Of a stretch of 64,000 nt of DNA, positions 29,415-38,015 are shown piece by piece (positions within the stretch are counted from its first letter, which is position 1; each line of letters begins with the position of its first letter). The stretch spans positions 1 through 64,000 of IMG/VR virus record IMGVR_UViG_3300043827_000628. One strand, given 5' to 3'. The position numbers and the translations under genes were made by a program. A model generated the notes under the pieces. That model ran no database searches. It saw only the letters and a program-made list of their open reading frames with translations, and was not told the DNA's origin. The stretch comes from a virus.

Positions 29415-29816
29415 ATGGCCAATATTAACATTAACGATCATTCAGAAAAACGTATATCACTAGCTTATGATCCTACTACAGATTCTTATAAAGCTCAAGA
29501 AATATTAACCATAGACGACCTTACTTCTAAAGGTTCAACAATATCTAATTTTGCTATTAGTGGTGCAAATGGTACAGTTTTATTAGCGAATAAAAACAGA
29601 GAAGAATTTTATGTCCAAAACCTTGCTACTGGAGCACTATATGTTAAATATGGCGCTAATGCACATAGTAGTAGTTTTAATTTTCTGTTAGCTGGAAATA
29701 CATCTGCTAACGCTGGCGATGGTGGAAGTTTAAGCGATCTTAATTATAGTGGTATAGTAAGTGTTAGCGGGGCAAATGCATCTACTCCAAGTTATATAGT
29801 TTGGGAACGTTTATAA
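29415..29816 (+). CDS. small beta-rich protein, probably structural
   Basis: Start moved to ATG 29415, 10 nt after GTGTAA; pattern VLLANKNREEFYVQN...LYVKYG. Confidence 0.65.
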   Translation: MANININDHSEKRISLAYDPTTDSYKAQEILTIDDLTSKGSTISNFAISGANGTVLLANKNREEFYVQNLATGALYVKYGANAHSSSFNFLLAGNTSANAGDGGSLSDLNYSGIVSVSGANASTPSYIVWERL

Positions 29817-29817
29817 T

Positions 29818-31086
29818 ATGAATAGAAAGGAACTAGAAATTGATTTTAGTTCTAGTCTAAGTGCTAAAAAAAAGAAAGCACCTCTTAATAAACCATTTCG
29901 TCTTCCCTCTGGAAGCAAAAAGAAATTTGGCGTATATGTAAAAAATGATAAGGGTAATATTGTAATGGTAAAATTTGGTGATCCAAATATGTCTATTAAA
30001 AGAGATAATCCAGCCAGAAGGAAAGCGTATAGGTCAAGACACGGTTGCGATAATCCAGGCCCAAAAACTAAAGCAAATTATTGGAGCTGTAAGATGTGGA
30101 GCGCAAAACCAGTTAGCAAAATTACTGGAAGCGAAGAAATTACTTTAGAAGTAGAGATTCAAGCTAAAAGCAAAGGTCTTTGGTATAACATTCAACAAAA
30201 AAAGAAAAGAATGGGCAAAAACTATCGTCCAGCACCAAAAGGCTCTAAAGACCGTCCAACTCAAGAAGCTCTTAAAAAAGCCCAAGCTAATGATTATTTA
30301 AATGAAGAATATGAATGGGATGGTGAAACAGAATTTGATCAAGCCGAACTTATAAAAATGGACGCCTCATTAGCTCAAGTTGAAGAAGTAGAAGACGAGC
30401 TTGAAGACTATAAAGAAGATTTTTATGGCATGATAGTTGGATCAATTAATTCTATTTACCAACATGCCAAAAATGTAATGGATAAAGTTAATGACCCAAT
30501 GGTTAAAGAAAATCTTACCGAACCATTTTTACAATCTATGGCCGCTTTAGCAGAAGACTACATGATTACAATTCATAATTATGTAATGTTTAATAAAGAA
30601 AATGAAGAACCTGAAGAAATGGAAGAAATGAAAGGCGCAACAATGTTTAAAGTTGGAGATAAAGTTCGCAATGTAAATTCAGATTGTAAGCATTATGGTA
30701 GTGAAGGAGTCGTTAAAGAAATACGTACTCTACCAGAAGACATGGGATATGCAGTACTTTACGAATGCACAAACGAAGGCTCAAATTGGAAAAAAGGCGA
30801 TATGCTTGGCAAAACAGAGATTCAATTACAGAAGATTGAAGCCAAGTGGAGTGTCAAATATAAAAGAAGCATAGATTGTAATAATCCAAAAGGATTCAGT
30901 CAAAAACAATACTGCAATAATAAAGCCTCAGAATGTGAATACGAGAATGATGAAGAATATAAGAAAATGATAGCAGCAGACGGTAAAAAGTTTAATGAAT
31001 TTTTAAAGCAATGCATTCCAACAAAACAGGGGGATGATAAAGCCAAGTTTAAATCTTGCCTACAAGACTACAAAAATAAAAAATAA
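29818..31086 (+). CDS. multi-module protein, putative head-internal polyprotein
   Basis: String of small basic/Cys modules (KFGDPNMSIKRD...YWSCKMW; GLWYNI; KVGDKVRNVNSDCKHYGSEG; KWSVKYKRSIDCNNPKGFSQKQYC) separated by acidic linkers. Confidence 0.65.
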   Translation: MNRKELEIDFSSSLSAKKKKAPLNKPFRLPSGSKKKFGVYVKNDKGNIVMVKFGDPNMSIKRDNPARRKAYRSRHGCDNPGPKTKANYWSCKMWSAKPVSKITGSEEITLEVEIQAKSKGLWYNIQQKKKRMGKNYRPAPKGSKDRPTQEALKKAQANDYLNEEYEWDGETEFDQAELIKMDASLAQVEEVEDELEDYKEDFYGMIVGSINSIYQHAKNVMDKVNDPMVKENLTEPFLQSMAALAEDYMITIHNYVMFNKENEEPEEMEEMKGATMFKVGDKVRNVNSDCKHYGSEGVVKEIRTLPEDMGYAVLYECTNEGSNWKKGDMLGKTEIQLQKIEAKWSVKYKRSIDCNNPKGFSQKQYCNNKASECEYENDEEYKKMIAADGKKFNEFLKQCIPTKQGDDKAKFKSCLQDYKNKK

Positions 31087-31124
31087 ATTGAACACAATCT
31101 CCCTTGTGTAATCTATAGGAGATA

Positions 31125-31658
31125 GTGAATAAGCTTAAAAATTTATTCAATTGGTTTGGATGGAAAAGTAAACTAACATTAGCACTTTTAATAAATGGGA
31201 CAATAGCTTATTATGGAATTCAATTTGGGTTTTATTTAGCAAAAGATCATAGTATATCTAAACTTCCTAATTCTTGCTTTGTTGATTCTGTGGCATTTGC
31301 TTCTTATGCTAATTATATATTATCTAGTAAAAATACATGGGCTCAAATTTATGCTTTTCAATATCATTATACAGATGAATTAAATAATTTTTCAACTATT
31401 TTTAATAAAAATTTAATAGAGTACACAGCTTCTATACCCAAGTATAGAGGACACTCAATATGCGTTTTCGAATATAAAGGTATACTTTGGGTTTATGATA
31501 GTAATCATGGAACAATGCCAGTTGGTGTTGCTGGTAATAGATCAGAGTATCAAATAAGAATAACAAAATGGATTGAAAAGAAATACAAAGCTATAGTTTT
31601 CCACAGCATACTAATAGACGATGATGCAGAAAGAACTAAAGCATGGATAGAAGAGTAA
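31125..31658 (+). CDS. membrane-anchored protein with putative Cys-His-Asp (transglutaminase/papain-like) triad
   Basis: TM segment followed by NSCFVDS, GHSICVF and VYDS. Confidence 0.5.
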   Translation: MNKLKNLFNWFGWKSKLTLALLINGTIAYYGIQFGFYLAKDHSISKLPNSCFVDSVAFASYANYILSSKNTWAQIYAFQYHYTDELNNFSTIFNKNLIEYTASIPKYRGHSICVFEYKGILWVYDSNHGTMPVGVAGNRSEYQIRITKWIEKKYKAIVFHSILIDDDAERTKAWIEE

Positions 31659-31828
31659 CCAAATTAATAAGAGATGTTAAATTAATAGCGCCGTCTTGTA
31701 ATAACACAGAGCATTTTATAGCTGAATTTTGGAAATATCACAAAAGAAAAAACAAGAAAAGAAACATCTTCTGGTTTTCTGTTTTGGCTGTAATCTTCTT
31801 TATATGTTGGATTTTATCAAAAAATTAA
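31643..31828 (+). CDS. small C-terminally anchored membrane protein
   Basis: Basic patch followed by a hydrophobic C-terminus. Confidence 0.55.
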   Translation: MDRRVTKLIRDVKLIAPSCNNTEHFIAEFWKYHKRKNKKRNIFWFSVLAVIFFICWILSKN

Positions 31829-32079
31829 AGGATTGGTGGAATGAACTACAACATTACAAGAAGTTCTTTTTTATTGTTTTTATTCCAGCTATTTTGTTTA
31901 CAATTTACGGAGTCAGCGATTTTTACCTTAATTATTTTGATCTTTTGTCTAAAGAGCACCATATGGGATTTTTTCTTAGGTTCTTTTTTCCGATCTCTTT
32001 AGGTCTTTTAGTTACCAGTTTAGAATATAGAAAAAGAAAAAGATTAATAAAAGACATTAAAGACTATCTTGATAAATAA
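31804..32079 (+). CDS. two-TM membrane protein
   Basis: Start moved to ATG 31804; two hydrophobic helices and a basic tail. Confidence 0.6.
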   Translation: MLDFIKKLKDWWNELQHYKKFFFIVFIPAILFTIYGVSDFYLNYFDLLSKEHHMGFFLRFFFPISLGLLVTSLEYRKRKRLIKDIKDYLDK

Positions 32080-32154
32080 TTATTTAATTCTCTCTTTTAA
32101 ATAAAGTATATAAACTAAAACTGTACCACAAATTAGCCAAGAAGCCAGTGTCAT
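32080..32154 (-). CDS. 24-aa single-TM peptide, absent from the ORF track
   Basis: MTLASWLICGTVLVYILYLKERIK*; ATG 9 nt below GTGTAA (32169-32164); fills the gap exactly. Confidence 0.55.
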   Translation of the reverse strand: MTLASWLICGTVLVYILYLKERIK

Positions 32155-32168
32155 ATAAAAAGATTACA

Positions 32169-32199
32169 CTTAGCACCAAGGCTTGAACTTGACGCTAAG
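32169..32199 (-). terminator. 12-bp hairpin downstream of hsp20
   Basis: CTTAGCGTCAAG-TTCAAGC-CTTGGTGCTAAG pairs fully (two G:U) only on the minus strand; followed by TGTAATCTTTTT. Confidence 0.55.
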
Positions 32200-32206
32200 A
32201 TTATTA

Positions 32207-32557
32207 TTAGTCTATTTTAATTTTATTTTGTAGTTTTTTATTTTCTTTAACGAAGGTAATAGTTAGCAAACCATCCTCATGCTTTGCTTTAACTTCAAAA
32301 AGATCTACTTTTCTAGGCAAGTAAAAAGATTTTTCATATTTTACTTTGCCTTCTTTTCTAGTTGCCTTAATTGTTAGATATTCTTGATTTGTTGTAATAT
32401 CAATATTTTCTTTCTTGAATCCTGCGAGAGGAATTTCAAGAGAATACTGATCATTTTCTAAAACAAAGTCAGAATAATTATTATAACTTAAAGTCTCATT
32501 TAATATATTATCAAATATATCTAGTGGACTTCTTCCATTTCTTAGTGTCAATAGCAT
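32207..32557 (-). CDS. small heat-shock protein (Hsp20/alpha-crystallin)
   Basis: LAGFKKENIDI, SFYLP and AKHEDGLLTI motifs; strong SD AAGGAGG. Confidence 0.93.
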   Translation of the reverse strand: MLLTLRNGRSPLDIFDNILNETLSYNNYSDFVLENDQYSLEIPLAGFKKENIDITTNQEYLTIKATRKEGKVKYEKSFYLPRKVDLFEVKAKHEDGLLTITFVKENKKLQNKIKID

Positions 32558-32589
32558 ATTTTTCTATGCCTCCTTTATTTATATTTATA

Positions 32590-32684
32590 AGCAAGATCTA
32601 TGCCAAGTCTCTACAGAGACAAAATAGTAATATAGAGTCAAAATGACATAATAATTAATTTGGCTACATTGACAAAATGGCTCA
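32590..32684 (-). promoter_or_regulatory. sigma54 (-24/-12) promoter plus candidate upstream activator sites
   Basis: TTGGCATAGATCTTGCT (32606-32590) matches TGGCAC-N5-TTGCW; G(A/T)CAAAAT repeats at 32618, 32637 and 32671. Confidence 0.75.
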
Positions 32685-32721
32685 CTTCGAGTTTGAAATA
32701 TTTTATGTGTATATATTATAT

Positions 32722-33147
32722 ATGCCAATACCCCAAAAAAAAGATAACGAAAAACAAGGTGATTATATGGGGCGTTGCATGGAATTCATGAAAGATGAGA
32801 AATATCCTCAAAAACAAAAAGTCGCAATTTGCTTAAATACATTTAATTCTCCAAAAAAGAAAAGTAAAGGCACAAATGTAGAAATCGACTTTACTGAACA
32901 GATTAAGGAATTGAAAGAGAAGAAAGCAAAAGAAGAAGCAGAAAAACAAGCAAAATCAGAGCCAGTAACTGAACCAGTTGTGGAACAAAAAGTAGAAGCT
33001 CCTGCACCAGTTGTAGTAGAGCAAAAAGTTGAGCCAGAATCAGAAGTTAAAGTAGAAACCCCAGTTGTTGAACCAACACATAATGCAGTAACTGCACCAG
33101 CTAAACAAGTATCAGAAGTCAAAGTAGAAGAAAATAAAACTTCTTGA
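32722..33147 (+). CDS. small Cys-pair module protein with low-complexity P/E/V/K tail
   Basis: Start moved to ATG 32722, 9 nt after GTGTAT; MPIP...YMGRCM...VAIC module and EIDF motif. Confidence 0.7.
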   Translation: MPIPQKKDNEKQGDYMGRCMEFMKDEKYPQKQKVAICLNTFNSPKKKSKGTNVEIDFTEQIKELKEKKAKEEAEKQAKSEPVTEPVVEQKVEAPAPVVVEQKVEPESEVKVETPVVEPTHNAVTAPAKQVSEVKVEENKTS

Positions 33148-33179
33148 TTTATTAATATAAATATCCTATAATACAGGAT

Positions 33180-33250
33180 ATGTTTTTAATTACCGGTGGA
33201 TCAGATTTAATAGAATAAGCTTAAAGAAGGCATTTTAAATAAATGTTGAT
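33180..33250 (+). pseudogene. remnant of an NAD-dependent epimerase/dehydratase
   Basis: TTGATT-N17-TATAAT promoter, then MFLITGGS(DLIE*) and, in another frame, KLKEGIL: these resemble the two ends of an SDR gene with the middle deleted. Confidence 0.45.
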
Positions 33251-33253
33251 AAT

Positions 33254-34195
33254 ATGAATATAGCAGTTCGACTTGAAGGTGGTCTGGGTGATTGTCTGCT
33301 AGGCAATAGATTTGTTCCAGCCATCAAAGAAAAATACAAAGAAGCAGCTGTAACCGCCTATATAGACAGCGAAGGTAAAACCTTTCAAAAAGAGGGATTA
33401 AGCATATTATATCCTTCTATGTATAAACAGATAAATATTATAGAAAGAAAAAAATATAAATCATTTTGGGTGGACTGCCAATTTGGTACAGATAATTATT
33501 ACGGAGCATTAGAAAATGTTCCAGACAATATTCAAGAAGAATTTAAGAGCTATGATAAATTTTACGATTTACATATAGATTCTTTGAAATGGATAGATAT
33601 GGATTTTGATTGGCTAAGATATTATAGATTTTTTCCAAAACCAGAGCTGCAAATAGAAAATAATAAAGGAGATTATATTGTATTTCATTTAATATCTTCT
33701 ACATCTGTAGGTCATAGGTTAGAAGATTGGTATATAGAGAGATTAGTTAAAGAAGCAGCATTAAAAAATAAAGTATATCTGATATCAACCGAAGACACAA
33801 ACTGTTTTTACGATAAGGTTAAAGATATAGAAAATGTGCATTTGTTTAACGGCTCAATTAAAGAGGTCTGTGAATTAATATCAAATGCAAAATTAATGCT
33901 ATCAACAGATAGCGGATTTAGATATATAGCCTATGGATATGGTATTCCCACGTTAACTTATTCAAAACAATCAACTCAACCATTCACTTCTATACCAAGT
34001 CATCAAATAAGATGGCTAATGTTTCCAGAAACATGCTTTCCACTAAATTACGATGCAATAAATATCGTAGATATAATTAATAAAATAATTGAAAATAGAG
34101 GATATATTTTACTTCCATACTTTAAAGATTTTAATATACAAGCAGTGAAAAGAATTTATGCAATTAATAAAGAAAAGAGTATAATTACAAAATAA
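33254..34195 (+). CDS. GT9 (heptosyltransferase-like) glycosyltransferase
   Basis: GGLGD N-terminal motif and LMLSTDSGFRYIAYGYGIPTL. Confidence 0.8.
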   Translation: MNIAVRLEGGLGDCLLGNRFVPAIKEKYKEAAVTAYIDSEGKTFQKEGLSILYPSMYKQINIIERKKYKSFWVDCQFGTDNYYGALENVPDNIQEEFKSYDKFYDLHIDSLKWIDMDFDWLRYYRFFPKPELQIENNKGDYIVFHLISSTSVGHRLEDWYIERLVKEAALKNKVYLISTEDTNCFYDKVKDIENVHLFNGSIKEVCELISNAKLMLSTDSGFRYIAYGYGIPTLTYSKQSTQPFTSIPSHQIRWLMFPETCFPLNYDAINIVDIINKIIENRGYILLPYFKDFNIQAVKRIYAINKEKSIITK

Positions 34196-34199
34196 ATTT

Positions 34200-34847
34200 A
34201 TGAATGAATTTGATCTATATAAAGATTATATAAATAGAGGATGTGTAGCTTATGATATTGGAGCGCATATTGGACAAATAGCCGTCCAGATGTTACAAAA
34301 AGAAGCTAAAGTTTACGCATTTGAACCTTCTCCAAATAATTTTCCAATCTTAAAAGCAAATTGCGAAAGATTGGGAATTAAATGTTTTGATGTAGCCTTA
34401 CATGACAAAAATTATTCATGTTTAACTCAATTTAAAGATTGTAGAACTGATTATACAGACAGTAATGGCAAAAAGAACGACACAATACAGCAAATTTATT
34501 ATGTTATTTTAGAAGATTTTATAAAAAGTAACGATCTAGAACTTCCAGATTTTATTAAACTCGATATCGAAGGTATGGAAAGTCTAGTTCTTAAAACTTT
34601 TAAATTTCTATTTGAAGGTAAGAGACCAATTCTATATGTAGAAATTCATGCTCAATCAAGGAACTTAGACAATCAAAATTATCCAGATAATCCACATTGG
34701 GTATGGCCAGAAGATGGAGGTTTCAATTTCAATAATTTAAAAAATTATAATTATAATATAATTATCAATAATAAAATTTTAGACATTAATCAAGATTGGA
34801 ATCCTAAAGAAAATTCTCATTCAAATATGATATTAAAACCAATATGA
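34200..34847 (+). CDS. FkbM-family methyltransferase
   Basis: DIGAHIG, VYAFEP and PDFIKLDIEGME. Confidence 0.9.
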   Translation: MNEFDLYKDYINRGCVAYDIGAHIGQIAVQMLQKEAKVYAFEPSPNNFPILKANCERLGIKCFDVALHDKNYSCLTQFKDCRTDYTDSNGKKNDTIQQIYYVILEDFIKSNDLELPDFIKLDIEGMESLVLKTFKFLFEGKRPILYVEIHAQSRNLDNQNYPDNPHWVWPEDGGFNFNNLKNYNYNIIINNKILDINQDWNPKENSHSNMILKPI

Positions 34848-35218
34848 TATACGATAAAAAAAGAATATGTATCGCATCGATTCATACAGCGAATATGAAT
34901 CCTTTAGCGGAAATCACTTGGGATAAAAATAAAAAGATCTATTGTGATTTTAAAGGATATAGTTACGAAGTCAGAGAGCAAGCTACATGGAGAAAAGAAG
35001 AATATAAAGATTTAATTAAGATTATTCCACAGAAATATATGAATGCTTATCCATATAGTGAAATTAGAGAGCATCCAAATGGTCTAGAAGATGCAACAGG
35101 AATAAATGGAGATTGGAAACCAGGAGACTTAATTATCCATGTGGCAGGATTTGGAATTGATTTTTATAAAGAGTGCGTAAATCATTTAAGAAGCTATAAT
35201 AGTAGGGTAGTAAAATAG
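34844..35218 (+). pseudogene. internally deleted GT34 (GMA12/MNN10-like) galactosyltransferase
   Basis: Has NKKIYC..KGY start and PQKYMNAY...WKPGDLIIHVAG end but lacks the central WxDxD region; only 124 aa. Confidence 0.55.
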
Positions 35219-35254
35219 TAGAAGTTTATCTTATAGATAATATAATATTAATAT

Positions 35255-35917
35255 ATGGAGTTGAGTTTTTTTAAAAGATATGAGAACGGAGATCGAGCTC
35301 TAGGTTCTAGATTATCTACATTTAAGATTGCTCTTTCTCTTTTAGATCATACTAAAAATAATAATTTTATTGAAACAGGCACTACTAGAAAAAATTATTT
35401 AACCACCCCAGACGTATGTGAAAGAGCAGCAGATGGTGGATCTACGTTAATCTTTGCCGATTATGTTTCTAGATTTGGAGGGCATGTTTGGACCTGTGAT
35501 ATAGAAAAAAAGAATATAGAGAATTGTAAAATAGCTACAGAACAATATCAAAAATCTATTACTTACGTAGTTGATGATTCTTTAAATTTTTTAAATAATT
35601 TTAATCAGAAAATAGACTTTTTATATTTAGATTCTGTAGATAGTCATTTGCCGAATGCTAATGAGCACCAATTAAAAGAAATAAAATTAGCGTATAAAAA
35701 TTTACATAATAAAAGTATAATTCTTTTAGATGATCTTGGAAGTAAAACTAATTTATCAATACCTTTTCTTAAAGATAAAAATTGGTGTCAAATATTAATT
35801 GATGTGCCAAGACCAGCACGATATAATAATCTTATGCAAGGGATATTCGTAAAAGAAGAATTTTTATATATAGATCATAGTTCAATTCCAGAAGATAAAA
35901 GATTTAAAGATGTGTGA
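35255..35917 (+). CDS. class I SAM-dependent methyltransferase
   Basis: FIETGT, DFLYLDS and IILLDD motifs. Confidence 0.8.
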   Translation: MELSFFKRYENGDRALGSRLSTFKIALSLLDHTKNNNFIETGTTRKNYLTTPDVCERAADGGSTLIFADYVSRFGGHVWTCDIEKKNIENCKIATEQYQKSITYVVDDSLNFLNNFNQKIDFLYLDSVDSHLPNANEHQLKEIKLAYKNLHNKSIILLDDLGSKTNLSIPFLKDKNWCQILIDVPRPARYNNLMQGIFVKEEFLYIDHSSIPEDKRFKDV

Positions 35918-35941
35918 AAATAGCTGTAATAAATATATAGT

Positions 35942-36124
35942 ATGAATTTTATTAATAAATATCAAAAACATAATCTAGGTAAATATAGTTATCTAGAGCC
36001 TATTATAAATTCTAATATAGATAATTTTGTACAATTTGGCAAAAACAACAACTATAAAATTTTAAAAATTCATGTAGGAGATTCTCAGCCTGTAGATTCT
36101 TTTATTGTATACGAAAAGATATAA
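35942..36124 (+). pseudogene. short, probably chimeric fragment
   Basis: 60 aa; GKYSY start joined to a C-terminal-like segment. Confidence 0.3.
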
Positions 36125-36127
36125 AAA

Positions 36128-36310
36128 ATGAAAGTAGCATTACAGATGGCTGCAAATCCTAGATCTTTTAAAAGATGTTACGCTTCTCTTAAAGATAATA
36201 TATTAAACACATTAAATCCAGATATATTTATTCATACTTGGAATTTAAAAGGTCGAGAAAGACCAGACGTTGTTACTGATGGTTCTTGCGAAGAATATAT
36301 AGAATTCTAA
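36128..36310 (+). pseudogene. truncated glycan-island protein (N-terminus only)
   Basis: MKVAL...PRSF...DIFIHTW resembles the start of longer proteins seen in phage glycan islands; stops at 60 aa. Confidence 0.55.
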
Positions 36311-36348
36311 AAGTTTAGGAATATACCGCCTCATGTTTCTATAAATTT

Positions 36349-37149
36349 ATGATTTACGATTGTTTTACATTTTTTAATGAATTAGATTTATTAGAAATAA
36401 GATTGAATACCTTAAACGATATTGTGGATAAATTTATTCTTGTAGAAGCATCAAAAACGCAATCTTTACTAGATAAGCCCTTTTATTTTGAAGAAAATAA
36501 AGACAGATATTCAAAATTTTTAGACAAAATCATCCATATAAAAGTCACCGATTATCCCAAGAAAGATGGATGGGCCATGGAAAATTATCAAAGGAACTGC
36601 ATTGTTCATGGTCTAAAGAAGGCGGATTTAAAAGAGAACGATATTATTGGTATTTCAGATCTAGACGAAATTTGGGCACCAAAAATTAAAGATAAATTTG
36701 AAGAGTATTTTAGTCAAGTAAAATTTTTATCTGTAGGTATGAAATATATAGTCTTTTATCTTAACCTAGAAACTGTGGACAAGAATTGGATAGGGACGAT
36801 ATTTGTTCAAGCCAAAGATTTAATTCATTATAGCCCTCAGAATCTTCGAAATATAAAAGATCACGTTTCTCATGTCGAAGAGGCAGGATGGCATTTTGGA
36901 TATCAAGGAGGCAAAGAAAAGGTATATCAAAAGTATCTTTCATGTATAGAGCCTTTAGATAAATCTAAACTACCAACTAAAGAAGTATTTTATAAAGAAT
37001 TTGAAGAAAGAATTAAAAATGAAGGCAGTTTTATATATTCAGATAATTTATCGGATCAATCTATTAAATTAAAAAAAATAAATATAGAAGAAAATCTTCC
37101 AAAATATTTAATCGAAAACCAAGAAAAATATAAACACATGTTTGTATGA
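36349..37149 (+). CDS. GT17-like (beta-1,4-GlcNAc transferase) glycosyltransferase
   Basis: IYDCFTFFNELDLLEIRL, ENYQRN, SDLDEI and GWHFGY. Confidence 0.88.
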   Translation: MIYDCFTFFNELDLLEIRLNTLNDIVDKFILVEASKTQSLLDKPFYFEENKDRYSKFLDKIIHIKVTDYPKKDGWAMENYQRNCIVHGLKKADLKENDIIGISDLDEIWAPKIKDKFEEYFSQVKFLSVGMKYIVFYLNLETVDKNWIGTIFVQAKDLIHYSPQNLRNIKDHVSHVEEAGWHFGYQGGKEKVYQKYLSCIEPLDKSKLPTKEVFYKEFEERIKNEGSFIYSDNLSDQSIKLKKINIEENLPKYLIENQEKYKHMFV

Positions 37150-38003
37150 AAATACTTCTTTTAGGATATAGAGGATATGTAGGTAATAAGTTTTTTATTT
37201 TCTTAAAAAGAAAAGATTTAGAAGTATTTCCGTTAAGCAGAGAGAACTTTAATCTTTTAGATGAGAATAAATTATATAATGTAGTCAAAAATGTAAATCC
37301 AGACTTCATTATAAATTGTGCGGGATATACTGGTAAGCCAAATGTTGATGCTTGCGAATCAAACAAACAAGCCTGCTGGCACGGAAATGTTACATTACCA
37401 AAAATTATTTCAAAAATTTGTAATTCGTTAAAGATAAAATATATACAATTATCCAGTGGTTGTATATATAGCGGGTCAAAAAATGGACAAGGTTTTACGG
37501 AAGAAGATCCGCCTAATTTCTGTTTCGATAAACCTCCCTCTTCTTATTATAGTGGTACAAAGGCCGTAGCAGAGGATATTTTAATAAAAGATCCATACGC
37601 TTATATATGCAGATTACGTATACCTTTTAATAACGAAAAAGATCAAAAGAATTATATAACTAAATTATTGAATTATGATATCCTTTTGAATGCTCAAAAT
37701 TCGCTATCAAATATAGATGAATTTATTGAAGCATGTTTTTATTTACTAGAGAAGAATTGCGATACAGGTATATATAATATAACTAATTCTGGGTGGATTG
37801 ATACAAAACAAATTACTAGTATGTTAAACGAATATAAGACAAAAAAACAATTTAAATTTTTTGAAAATGAAAATGATTTTTACTCAAAAGTAGCAATAAC
37901 TCCAAGGTCTAATTGCATTTTAGATAATTCCAAGCTTATAAAGACGGGATATAAAATGAAAGGCATTAAAGATTCTTTATTAGAATCAATAAAAAAATAT
38001 TAA
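37146..38003 (+). CDS. NDP-4-keto-rhamnose 3,5-epimerase/4-reductase (RmlD-like)
   Basis: LLGYRGYVG, INCAGYTGKPNVDACE, SSGCIY and YSGTK. Confidence 0.85.
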   Translation: MKILLLGYRGYVGNKFFIFLKRKDLEVFPLSRENFNLLDENKLYNVVKNVNPDFIINCAGYTGKPNVDACESNKQACWHGNVTLPKIISKICNSLKIKYIQLSSGCIYSGSKNGQGFTEEDPPNFCFDKPPSSYYSGTKAVAEDILIKDPYAYICRLRIPFNNEKDQKNYITKLLNYDILLNAQNSLSNIDEFIEACFYLLEKNCDTGIYNITNSGWIDTKQITSMLNEYKTKKQFKFFENENDFYSKVAITPRSNCILDNSKLIKTGYKMKGIKDSLLESIKKY

Positions 38004-38015
38004 TATAATAGATAT

